From Azolla caroliniana (lineage: Eukaryota; Plantae; Polypodiophyta), in the NCBI GenBank assembly GCA_043228905.1, contig JBHGNT010000004.1, positions 23,622,001-23,686,000 on the forward strand: a DNA stretch of 64,000 bases, written 5' to 3'. Of this stretch, positions 25,938 to 38,779 are shown in pieces. Position numbers and translations under genes: made by a program. Numbering within the stretch: the stretch's first letter is position 1; each line of letters starts with the position of its first letter. The notes beneath the pieces are model-generated. The model was given only the letters and a program-made list of their open reading frames with translations, was not told the origin of the DNA and did not search any database.

Positions 25938-27939
25938 AGCTAACTTGCTTCCTCTGTTTTGTTTGGCTTGCTTCCTCTGTTTCTTTTTTGGGACTTGAAT
26001 GCTCTGTTTTTTTTTTTTTTTTGGCTTGCTTGCTCTGTTTCTCAGCTTGCTTCCCTCTTTCTTTCTTTATTTTGTTAAAAGCTTTTATTTTCTTTGTGCA
26101 AGAGGACAGGGTACATACAATTTGTGTTTTAATGGCTTGCAATGTCATGAAGTCTTCAAGGAAGTGATGATATTGTTTGACATGTTGAAATATGGGGGCA
26201 TATCAATATCTTTGTTGTTCATATGGACTTCTCTTTTGAATTTTAGGGTTTGTATCACAATGTCCACACGAAACTTTTTCGATGACCAAAGATAACTCTC
26301 CCTCTCTTATTTCATGTGCTAACGAAATGAATTAAAAAGTATGCATTGCGACTTTATGGGCTCTCCCGCATCATGCCTCATGCTCACATTGAAATGCGAA
26401 CAAAAAAAAAGAATAAACCGTAATAGTTTGTTGTATTCTTCCATTTGCGTCATTCGAAGGCCCTTTCTTTTTGTCACATAATTATTGATCAACCAACTAT
26501 ATAGTATATATGGTTTCTCGTTTAACAAAGCTTTACATTACATATATTCTTGCATCATTCCATCAACTTCCTTTGAGTAGTTGAATAGAACTATGTCTTG
26601 TCCTAAACTTCAAGGTTTCATGGCCTCTTTCTCTTTGCCCTATAGTTGTACAGTTTTCCATTGTTTATAGAATTGCTTTTATCCGTTGTTTTTGTTAAAC
26701 TTTCAAGTATACAGATACGCCAATTTTGGTGGCTTATCTTAATTTTGAGATCCTTGCAACAAATTTGGTGAACATCTCCACATATCCTAATCATGATCCA
26801 TTTTAATTAATTATTTCATGATGATGCATTTACCCATAGTTTTTTTCTAAATGAAATCTATTGTGATTTGGCATTAGGATTACATATACATTTGGGCTCT
26901 CCACAACTTTTTTCGTCCCCTATTAGAAACCCTGATTTGAGTGTTGTGTGTGAGGGCGGCTTGTTTGACATAGGGTTGAGGCAATTGTGGATGTGACTCA
27001 TGAGCACAAAAAACGTGAACACATCAGCCAATAGTGCACAAACTAAATCAAGCAATCCATGCAAAACACATACTACAAAAGGTGATTCATTAGCATGAGA
27101 ATCTATATTTCTTTAATGAGACTTCACGTTTGTAATAATATAATATTGGAATCTCTAGTAGGTGGTTAGGATGGCCTATGTAGCCTTTGACATACATGTT
27201 ATAGTTGTATGGCCCCAAGTCGATGCATGTAAGGGTTTACCCCATCACCATTTTGTCTTTGATTAGCTCCCTCTCTCTAACTACAAAATTGAATTCTTGA
27301 TTGAACAATGAAACTACACACATAATACATGTTAGAACCCATTCCATTGTAATCACTACTTCCATGTGATTTCACTCACACTAACTACAATATGAGATGG
27401 GGAATTGGGGCACAAGTGATCAAAGTAGTTGACTATGCACACTTTGCCCTAACACAAAGTTTGAGAGTCTTAATTATCACACCTTGATACAATGCTCTAC
27501 CTTGGCTTACATTCAACTATGCTTTCTACACATCTTCAACCAAACCCAATCCTTGCACAAATTTCTCTCTTAATCATTGTGTGCATTCTCAATTGTGACA
27601 TTCATTAGTGAAGTTTTTGAACACCAAGAGACACTATACACTTTCACAAGTAATATGAGAAGTTTTCTGGTTTGGTCTCATAGGTCATATTTGACCTCCG
27701 AAGATGATAATAAAATCTATTTATCTATTGGCTTGGTGGTTCACAAGATAACATCAAAGTTACACCTCCCTTCTTTATAATTGGAAATATATGTGTATGG
27801 CTTAAGAAATTGGTCTCTCAAAAGGCATGAAAACTTGAAGGTAAAAAGGCCAAAATGCTCAAATGGACGGGAAACGAATCGCACCTATGGATTTAAGTGA
27901 TTTGTTCAATCATGCATCGCAACATGAGATGTCTCATTA

Positions 27940-28125
27940 TTGGAGTAAAAATTGGATCAAACCGTTACAGGTGGAGATGTAAATAATGTAAACAACTATT
28001 GGACAGTCCTAGTCGGCTCATTTATTACAAAACTATTTGGATGTATAATGGAATCAAAGATAAGTTCATGGGCTAAACAAAATGATAAGAATGTGTATGG
28101 ACAAGTTAGATTTCGAAAACAACAT
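27940..28125 (+). mobile_element. LINE reverse-transcriptase fragment (RTE-like)
   Basis: GGDVNNVNNYWTVLVGSFITKLFGCIMESKISSWA...GQVRFRK matches the non-LTR RT N-terminal NYR.I.....K......QAGFR pattern. Confidence 0.75.
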
Positions 28126-30282
28126 ATATACCCACATTTTCCCCCACACAATTAGTAGCCTTAACCGTTTGGTCATCGACTTTTATACACTCACACACAT
28201 TTACATTGTTTTCTATGGTTGTCCTATTTCTCCCATTTTCTACACTTGGACCCACCATGTCACGACATCCACCCCCAACATAAACCCCTCATCATTTAGT
28301 ATGTGCCAAGAATGACGAGGCCGAAGGTAGTCACCCTTCAATTCCTCACTCCCCTAGTCTTGCTCATCATCTTCTTCATTTACCTCAAGTCTCTTGAGGT
28401 TCAACTACTCCTATCGCTTCTTGAACATCTTCACTCTTTTTTTTTTAATTACCAAACGCTAGCCTTTTTGCAAAATTACGCAGGTGTGTGTGAAACGTGA
28501 GCAGGACCATCGGGAACTTGAACAAGAGAGGGATGGGTTGTGGACTCAAATTGTTGTGTTGGAGACTTATGACTATCTGTTGATATTTGGCTTAGTTCCT
28601 AGAGGGTTTATCTTAGTGCTTTTTGACAATGTATTCATATGTAAGATTTATTTATGAGAAATTGAACACTCAATAATAGTTACCCTATTGGTAAATATAA
28701 TGTGTCTAACTCTATATGTGTAAGGTTTGAATCTTGCCTTACACAATGACATCTAGGTGGCACATTAGGCCTACGCATTCATATTATCTGTTGGAGGTTG
28801 AAAATGTTTCAATCCTCTTCTCTCTCACACAACTTCTCGCCCATTGTTCAGAATCACGATCTAAAACATTTGACATAACCCTCACACAAACCCTTCTTGT
28901 CGCAATGTGAGTTTCTCTATGTGGTAATTTCAGGGCTGCTCTTTCCACGACAAATTCGCATAAGCTTCATTTCAAAGTTAGAATCACAAACCGAAAATTC
29001 CAGCACCATCCCTAATGGATTGAGAATAAGACAATATAGTGGATTTTTTAAACTAATTTAATATGAATACCAAAAAACTTATTACATCAAAGATTAAAAG
29101 ATTGGTATAAATATAAATGAGATAATTCTCGACTCTGTTACATGTAGTGTATTAAAATGTAAGAATATAAGAAAATAGAAATGTGACAATTGTGGTTTGA
29201 GTTTCGGAGGAATATCCTCAAGTTTTTATTTAGATTGACCATCGAGGCAACTTTGTTGCCTCTTGTCTTCAATGATATCTAATGCCCTCTTGATTTGCTA
29301 CTCCAAGCTCGTTTGAGATTTGAACAGCGCTTCCACCTTTATCCCAAAATTCGACCCCCAATAATAAGCTTTCCTCTCCCTTTTATATGTTTTAAAATGG
29401 CCCTTACCAAAATAGCAAGTTTCTACCTTGAGACTCAATTGGTGCAAAAATGTTTATGTCCTTTTTGCTCATAGTGTAAGCTCTTGATGACTAAGCTAAG
29501 TCTTTTTGTTGTCCTCTTTTTTCTTATCTCATAACCTTCTTTTCATACTTTTGCCTTGTCCTTCAATCTTTCATATATACATAGTTTAGCTCATTTCCTC
29601 GTGTGCACTCTCGACATCATGACACTAGTCCCATCTAGTTCAACAAGGTGGTAGGTGACATTCTAATTTGCACGAGACACCACATACAGTCCAAAACCAC
29701 TGCCTTGCAAGCTTCTTTATCGAGCTATGGTGGTAGTTGTCGAGGCTATTGTTGTACACAATCACATAATCTCTATATTCAATCTTCCTCTATCAAACCT
29801 TCCCTTGTTTTTTTACCTGAACCACCTTCAATTGATCCGTTGCCAACTCCAAGACTTACAATCACCTCTTGAGTTGTCTTATCCTTGATTTTGTCTCGCA
29901 ATTGGTACATCTTGCCAAACCTTCAGTTGTTTTTTACCCAATCCACCTTCAACCGATCCATTGCCAACTCCAAGTCTTCCAATTGCCTATTGAATTGTCT
30001 TTTACTTGTTAGAAGAAGGTCTTCTCTGCTCATCTCATCCTCCCACAACATCGCAACCCGTAACATAATCGTCTCACCAATGGATATTACTGACTTCTCT
30101 TCGTCGATGAGTTCGACCAACATAAACCCTATCACTAAACTATCAATGGTTCTATTGACCCACAAGGCATAAGATAATTGTTGAGGCTAGTCTAGGCTAG
30201 TATCTAACTCTTCTTGCACAAGCTTTGATAATAGATTTGACTATAAGACCAGGCCCATGTGTTATCATAATGTTGACATCTA

Positions 30283-30460
30283 TGTAAGGGAGAGATTTAC
30301 ACTTAGTCATTTGATGAGTATCCTAGCTTCATTATTTGCAATTGTAAGGAAGAGATTTACTCTTAATCGTTTGATGAGTTACCTAGCTTCATTATTTGCA
30401 ATAATTGTAAGGAAGAGATTTACTCTTAGCTATTTGATGAGTATCCTAACTTCATTGGCA
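30283..30460. repeat. Three-copy ~60-bp tandem repeat
   Basis: tgtaagg(g/a)agagatttac.ctta...tttgatgagt..ccta.cttcatt occurs three times. Confidence 0.85.
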
Positions 30461-31949
30461 TTCAATTCTCCCATGTCTACCACAAATTTCCCGACACACC
30501 CATACTAGCCTATGATAGAACTTGCACACTACCACCATAGTCTAGTTTCTAAGGGCCTTCCTTCCACTTGGTTCATAAGGTTCTCCCTTGCAAGCACCAA
30601 GTATTTCACCTACCTCACTCATATTTGTATGGCTATTAAGTCCATCCATTAAAATGTATGGCTAGCAGGTAGGTCAGGTGCAACTCGTCTCTCTATCATA
30701 CATTTGGGTGAACCTTGTGACTTCCACTTGTCTCCGTGAAATGAGTGACATACTTGGATATTCTTAGGCATCGATACTTCTCCTTTAGCTTTATGAATGT
30801 TGCTCACATATTCGTGTGGCCTACCTAAGGACTATTATGGAATTTAGACACCACTCTCCTTGCAAACCACTCTCAGTGGTGTTCTCACCCTCCTCTTCAT
30901 GTTCTTCCAAAGATACCCACCTTGTGGGAAGTACTTATATGCCTTCTTCCAAATCCTCTATGCCTCCTCCTTGGACACAAAGGGTCAATTGACATCAATC
31001 TCAAGAAACTACTTATATGTAGCCACTCCCCTTCACATTCACTTTCATTGAAGGCATTGAGCACTTGCGCATTTCGATCCTCAGCAGTTGCATGAGCCAT
31101 CTAAAAGAAATTGAGAATAACATCTTCATCCACCAATGACATGTCTCATTCACCTTAACACCTAACTCTAGATAGCATGTCTCTATGACATTGTTTTTAC
31201 TTGAGATGTGATGTACCTCGGGATTCGTCGACTTAATGTACACAATCCATCTTAGCATGGGTAAGTTCGTTGTTCCACTTCCCAATATCGTTCCTAGGCT
31301 TAGAAGAAAATCCATTTCAATTCATACATCTGTGCTTATCGAGTAATCCTTATCATATTTAACCATAGACACAATGTCCCATAACTCTTGTTTCATCTAG
31401 GATTAAACGAAAAGAGAAGAGAAGGTAAAAAGGAAAGGGTCAAGTTTGAGAATGATGCAAATAAGAGGATGGATATGATCACAAAAACACAAGAAGAAAA
31501 AGAACATGGGAGGCAAGATACTAAACATGTGAGAGGGTGTTTGTACACACTAACTAATGACAACCCATAGGTCTACAATAGCGAAATGGCAACTACCACA
31601 TAGATAATATAGTCAGACAACTATGAGAGAGGGCTCCTTATTCCAAACAAAGATGGGAAGTAAGTTTAGAGCACCAAAAGTTGATAGGAAATATGATCTT
31701 TGCTACAACCCAGATGACAAATAGTGTAAAGGATACAATCACTCTTAGTGAATACATTGCAACCAAGAATATGATACAAAAATTGATAACAAGCTAATGG
31801 TGTAATCATGTCATCAAACTATATCGTCGAATGACCCAGGGTTGTGCCAAGCATACCGAGCTGCATGTGTATTGTTGGTGGTGGTCACTAGTCTATGGTA
31901 GTCAATGGTAAATAACCAATGGGTGGTGGTCGACGTGCAAGTAGATTAG

Positions 31950-33331
31950 ATGTTGTTATGGAATGAAATGCTTAGTTACTTTCATTGGGCATGCAAGATT
32001 AGTCCACAAAATTAACAACACTAGATAAAATAGAGTCGACACAAAACAAAGGCAAAGAAAGATTTAATTGATTATAGTGACAACTATATTAATGAGGTGG
32101 CCCTTTAAGTTAGATGTTACAATAGTTGATCAAGAGCACAAATGTATTCATGGATTAAATACAACCAGGGCATAACTCTACTCTATTGACAAGTTAGCTA
32201 AGAATACTCAGAGGGTTACTGGTGGTGGCAATTAAAGAGAGAGGGTGGGAGATATCATTGCTCCATTCAATCTATTCAATGGAAATCATCTAAGGTTGAA
32301 CAAGAATTATGGAAGATATGTAAAGTTATATTGGATGGTGGTAGATATCACGAACGAGTAGATGTTACGGATGCCCAGATGGATGTAGCTTAGTTGGTAA
32401 GGTTGCAATGGAGACCAGGAGGTCATGGGTTCAATTGCAACATTAGATTCCACAATGGCATCTAATTAACCTCATATACATGTATGTGACATTGTCTCCC
32501 CTCTAAGGTCTCCTCCCAAGATCTGTCGGAATTGTGGACCGTGGATGAAAAGCTTGAATGGCGTCTGGAGCATTTTGTAAATGTGTAACTGGTTCTTAAG
32601 TGGCGTTCGAAATGGGGCAACCGTTTCATAAGACCAAATATTGAAGTTGTTGATTGACAACGCAAGCAAGAATCGAGGATCTGGTCAACCTCGTACTCCT
32701 CCCTCGTCGACAACTCCACGGGTGACGATGGAGGAGATTATCATCCCGGAATTCGAAAAGGATGGTAGAGTTAGAGGAGAGAAACGTGGAAAACATTGTG
32801 AATCCTAATTTCTAGGGGAAGCGCTAACCGGAAGGCAACTTGATTGATTCGCTCGATGATATGAAAGGGGCCTAGCTTTTTGTAGCCCAATTTAGCACAA
32901 GGACTTGTGGTGGCAATGTGGCGACATAGCAACCAAACCATGTTGTTGATTTCTAAGGTCGGCGTGACCAAGCGATGATCCTTATACTGGTTGTCAGTGA
33001 TACAGAGCTCAAGGGAGAGGTCACGATGGATACCTTGTAAAGTGCGGCGTTCACCTTGATTAGAATCAAGGTCCAACCGATTATTTATACAAGACGGCGG
33101 AGGTATGCACGCAAGCTAGAAATATTCTAGAGAATGCATGAGGATGCATGTAAGCTAGGAAACTTCAAGAGAATGCATGAGTTCTAGTGTTCAACCTACT
33201 CTACATCAAGCTGAATTTTATACAATCATGCCCTGATGATCAGTTGGTAAGGTTGTCCAATGGAGGCCATGGGTTCAACCCTTATATTCCACAGTGGCAT
33301 CTAATTAACCTCATATACATGTTTTGTGACA
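31950..33331 (-). mobile_element. Internally deleted Ty3/gypsy chromovirus remnant
   Basis: Both LTR starts read TGTCACA on minus (33331, 32491) and share ~100 bp; PPT AGAGGGGAGACAA precedes 32491; integrase C-terminus KKLGPFHII...IHNVFHVSLL and chromodomain EEYEVDQILDS. Left boundary is approximate. Confidence 0.82.
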
Positions 33332-33784
33332 ATTGATCTTAAATCGTGTTAGCGATCTAAGTGGCCACTTCTAGCAAAGGTCTTCATTTGAAGTGTATTG
33401 GTTGGGAACATGTTCGCGTTCACAAGTGGAAGGATTGCGCATTCCACTTGTAGAATCTTCTTGAAACGAAGCAAATACACCCTCTCTACAAAAATTGGAT
33501 GCACTAGTATCACATGTTCCTCAACTTGATTAGAATTTGCAAATATAAAAATACATGATAGGTCTACAAGTGGAGATCATTAGAAATCATGCAAGTTTGG
33601 ACGTGTTGATAAGTTAATGTAGGCATAATAAAGTTCAACAATGGCTCAATATGTCACTAATGTGCGACAAGGGAAACACTAAGTTAAAGGCTTATATTAA
33701 TTTGGTAAGTTTTACAAAAATATGAGGTGTACTTGTATCCATACTAATAAAATGAGTTATAATTTATACTTTGACCCATACGTG

Positions 33785-34060
33785 CATGTATATAATTATG
33801 GACAATGTAGGATAGTGCACTTTAGGATCATGTGATTGGAATAACTAACTTATTAAAGTATTCAATACTTGTATTTAAAGTTGATCTAATCTATTCCTCA
33901 GTTTGTTCGTATGGGATCAAACCATATGTATATAATTGTGGACAATGTAAGGCAGTGAACTTTAGGATAATGTCGTGGAAATAACAAACCTATTAAGGCT
34001 TTCATACCTGTATTTAAAATTGATCTACTCTATTGCTTAGGTGATTCACACAAGATCAAA
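33785..34060. repeat. Two-copy ~140-bp tandem repeat
   Basis: atgtatataatt.tggacaatgta.g..agtg.actttaggat...gtatttaaa.ttgatcta.tctatt occurs twice. Confidence 0.82.
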
Positions 34061-34493
34061 CTCCAAACGATAACGCAAGTGGAACTACAAGCGTATAAAA
34101 ACATGCGGATAATGCTAGTGGAACCATTATCAACACACTACACAATCTAAGCAGCAATGGAATAGAAACATAATAGTTTTAACAATAGAAGACAAAGATC
34201 CATAATAACAACATGGACGGTCATGGCAACAATTGTAGGACCATGTTATGTTAAGGTTAGCTTGGACCAAAATCAACCTCAATTTAAACTAATTCATGTT
34301 TCTCCATAAATTTGGTAGTCAGTTATGCACACGATGAAACCAATGTCATAAGTCTACTAACCAAGTATATAAAAATAAAATTGAAACATATAGAAGATTA
34401 TAAAGAATAGAATCCACCAAGTAAAACCCAAAATTTGTATTAATAATGTGAAATCCAAACAAATCGTCACTGTCATTTTCTTCATAGAGTCTA

Positions 34494-37400
34494 TTACATA
34501 GCAATCAATTCATCAATGCCATTTTCTTCATCATCTTGTGTAGAACTCTCTTCGGCTATACGTGCATTGGTTTCCCATGTTAGCCGAGCCAACGAAATAT
34601 CTTCTATAAGCTCATCATCAAGCTCTATTAGCTCCCCCGGTTCGCCGGCTAACAGAGGAATAGGCTCTCGCGAAGCAGGTTGAAACCTTTCTGTATTAGC
34701 GAGGTTCTTTGCACCGACCTCCTCATCCTGGTCTAGGCACTCCCACAAATACTTAATTCTCATATTTATAAATATAACCTGCTCTTCGTCCTTCTCCAAT
34801 GCAATTGTATTTCTAAAGAGCTTCAATGCATATGCAGACGTCGTTCTTGTGAAGAAAGTAACAAGAAGAATTAGTTGTCAAACAAAAAAGATTCGGTATT
34901 GGTTATCTCAAGATCGTTACCCTAGTTCGAGGAATACCTGTGCCAGAAAAGAGATCTAATATCCAGTCTCCTTCGATAGAAAACATCTCGATCAAGTGCA
35001 TCATAACTCGTTGAGGTTTTTGATATGGGTTGACAAGTCCCCATTCTGTCGTGGTGACATGTCGCAATTTCCGTGTCACTGCTGGATATACCAGCAGATT
35101 TGAACCTCCCACTTCATTAGAATGCTCCTTGATTCTTTGTTTCTTAATTTCATCGAAGTAGCCAACCGTGATGTATTCAATGGCATTAACGAACCGAAAA
35201 GTTGGCCCTCTATTTACATTGGTTTTTATCCTATAAAAAATAATACATTGAGTTAAGAATAGATTGAACAATATTAAGAAATGCAATATAGTGAATAAGA
35301 CCTATAAATAATCCTTACCATGCAAGGTTCTCGATGCCATGGCAACGAGATCTCAAAGCTTGAGCTACCGAGTACCCTTGGTCCATACTATGAAAGACAA
35401 CTATTCACCACAAGGATGCAGTCGTTAGCTCAGCGAAATCTTTGACCATTTTCTCCAACTGTTTAAACCTAAACGGTTCATCGTCATATGATGACCTAAC
35501 CATTCGAAATCCGTAAGGAATATCCGCAATCATTAGCGTATATTCCTTCTTTGGCACTTTTTGGATCAAGTCGACGACATCGCCACAAACCACATTGTAG
35601 TATAGATCTCTCATAATATCTTTTTTGTGGCTAAATTTTTTAAAGGAGCCATCTTCCTCCATTTCGTACGCCTTGACTAAGCGACGATCCTTTTCTTTTC
35701 TGGCTCGCTTGAGATGTGCAAGGAAGGATGTAGGGAAATCGTGTATATCCTTAACTTCTCCTTGTTTCTTGCCACGACACGGTTTCTAATAGAAGCAATA
35801 GGACATCAAGTATTATTATACAAGCTCTACATATGATGAAAGCGTAATGAAAAACCACCAATACTAACCCAATCCTTGAATGCAATAAAATACTCCGACA
35901 ACGCCTTATATGAAGACGTTAGAGGATAATCCTCGGTCACTTGTTCCCAAGTTATACATCCAAGTTGTTTCATCATAACTTCTTGGATCTTCATGTACAC
36001 CTTATGACTGTAAAATTAGAAATCAAGATTACAACTTTGAATTACACCATATAGACTTCAATATCAGTATCTGAAAGACTTACTTATTGAACTCAGTGAC
36101 CATTTCTTCAAGGCTTAAATCTTTCGCCACAACCCTTGACAAAACAGACACAAGAAGCTGCTCGTCCTTAATACCTTCCATCGCTCTCCACTGAGACAGC
36201 TTCATGTCATCAGCCGCTTCTTCAATTGTCAAGTCAATTTTCTTGGCCGCTTGTGACTTTAACTCTAATTGAGGGTCAACCTTACATTTCTTTTGTCGTT
36301 GACCCTTTACCTCCTTATTCTCCCACATTGAGAAGATTTGATCTTGTAGGTCCCATCCTTCTCCATCTCTAAAGGCCAGTTGAAACCAAGACTCATATTT
36401 TCGAAGTCCATCGGACTTAACATTATCATCTACCACAATACCGACTTCATGCAAACATTGACGTCGTAGACCTGGATGTAGCTTCACACCAAACTTTTGT
36501 TTCACGTCCAAATACTCGTGGTGGAAGAACCTTATACACTCAATCGACGACATTTTCTACCTATAGTCATTATCATTATTATGGTCCCATGCCAACAACT
36601 TTGCCTCTTCAGTTGTGAGCCCCACGTAAATTTTGCACTCGGCATACTTGAAGAAGAAAGTCGTTGGATGTTCTCTCACAAGTTGCCGACGTGCCTCCGC
36701 TGAATGCGATCCACCAATGACAAAGTAATTATATTGATCATGCTTTCTAATATCAAAATCTTCAATGGTTTCACATTCTTCAGGATCTACCATAACAATA
36801 AAAGGCACCACAGTGGCATGAGGATTAATTTTCATTTTTTTCTTGAGATTTTGAACATGCATGCGGTGTGGCTCTCTAATCTCAAGTGGTCTTCGACCTG
36901 TTTTTTCATCAATAGGGGGCCGATGGATGTGTGTTATAGGCAAATTAAACACTTGCCCTTTCCTGACCAGTTTACGCTGCATTAACTCTCTCCTTATCTT
37001 ATTCTGCTCGGATGACAACACACCCAATGCCTGCTCAGCTCCTGGCGTCCCCTTAGTGTCCTCCTCTTTGTTTTCACTTGTTGAATCGGAGTCCGACATT
37101 TTGGTTGTCTTCTTCTTTGGTGGTCTTGATTGTACTTTAGATACCCTTTTTGTGGCCTTCACTAGGGAGGGCACTTCCTCCCTTAGAGTTACATGGCCTT
37201 GTATATAAGGCCTCAAGGTAACAATAAGGTTTTGTGAGCTTTCAAGATCTTTTTTGAACGCTTCTGGCCCACAAGATTCCTTTACTAGAAGATCTTCTAA
37301 AAAGAACACTTTACGTGCCCCCTTGGAGCACTCTATCATTACAAGTATGTTGGCTGAATCTACATCTTCGTAGTCAAATCGTAGAATACGGCCATACATA

Positions 37401-37721
37401 AATGGGGTTTCCTTTCCAAGCTGCCCCTCCCCCTTCTTTTTTGTTGTATACAATACGACTTTTTTCTTTGAGTCGACGTATTGCATACACCATTCCTTGT
37501 TCGTTAGATCACGGCCAGGAAGGTCTTCACCTCCAGTAGCTGCTACAAGTTTCTTTTGGCTAACCTCAATGTGTGGTTGAGATTTTGACTCCTCGTTGAA
37601 GAGAAGCTTTTTTCCTCTCTTCATGGACTCGGGAGCTACTAGGGTCTGTGTTTCGATTGGAGAACCCTGTATGCGGAGCTTTATTTTCTTCACAGGTCGG
37701 TCCGACAAGTTCTCAAACGAC
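34494..37721 (-). pseudogene. Intron-containing ParB/Srx-like + beta-class N4C/N6A DNA methyltransferase fusion gene (inactivated; 5' end not identified). Exons 37721-36084, 36007-35869, 35785-35319, 35230-34938, 34846-34494
   Basis: Splice phases join into one frame. ParB-like HIHRPP..EIREP..VPFIVMV..YFVIGGSHSAEAR; MTase VVCGDVVDLI..LMIADIPYG..WIKTN..EYI..YQKPQRVMMHLIEMFSIEGDWILDLFSGTGTTSAYALKLFRNTIALEKD. Lesions: TAG 36559-36557, TGA 35407-35405, last acceptor AG>AA at 34847. Confidence 0.8.
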
Positions 37722-38779
37722 CTATTTAAGAAAGGACATGTGAAACCATAAGTTAGGTCGTCACGTAGATTAAGGTCGTATATTAAAATACAAATAAGTA
37801 GATGAAGAAATAAACTAGTAGGCGATTTGTGGTGAACTATAAATATCAATCATGCATTTAGAGTACATGGTAGTCCTATATTCAAAAATCTATTCTAGTA
37901 AGGGCTATTCAACTTAGAAAATATATATCGTAATAAGTATACAAGGTTATATATTGTCTTGAAGGGCAGGTATGACTTATATTGATTCCATAACCATATT
38001 GTAGATAATTTGCATATGATAGACTTGAGATTGGTATCGTAAAGGTAATTTGTGGGTTATTTTCTACTATTTTAAGCTATAATAGGTCATAAAACCCCTA
38101 TAATTAAGGCCCTTTTTTTTTTTAAAGTATTAGCTCTAAAGAAATGTGGAGTAACATCATACAATTGCTTTTTTTGCAATGTTCAAGTGGAAGATAGTAC
38201 TCATCATTTTCATACCATATCAAGTTATTGTTTTACTCCTAAATAGTGGGTGTTTGCAAAATCCACTCACATTGACTCGAAATCCAAGATGTAGATTGTT
38301 TTCCTATATTTGAGATATTGGGGGTTGTGTGATAATTGGGATATGTGTACAACTTTGGTATTTGATGGTAGGCATAGAGTTAGAGCATTATGAAAGCTAG
38401 AGAAAAAATTCTCATGACTTTGGTGGCTCTTCTTCTTTCTTGGGTTTTCTACTTTTACATAGTTTTTTCTTTTTCAAAACAAAGTATCCTTCCATTAGTT
38501 ATAAAGAAGAGGTCATAACGGTTACATCATACAAAGTATGTTTTCCCAAGCCAATCTTGTGTAGGCAACAGTTGAAGAATCAAATCTATGTACTCCGACA
38601 TAGAGAAAACAATCCAACAACTACAATCTATTCCCTAGACACATTGCAAGGTATCCATATCCATAGGCAACAACAAAAATAGCTCTATTCGGAAACAATC
38701 CCCCTCAAGTCATAGTTATGAGCCATTTAATACTTCTTCAACCTATACATATTGGCTTTGAAGGCGATCAACTACGTTC

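Noticed and set aside
29200-31700. Coiled-coil-like minus ORFs, possible retroelement accessory ORF
   Set aside because: Too degraded to assign to a family.
37722-37849. Hydrophobic N-terminus of the 430-aa ORF
   Set aside because: Looks like intron sequence (pyrimidine tract and TAG acceptor at 37722) read through in frame.
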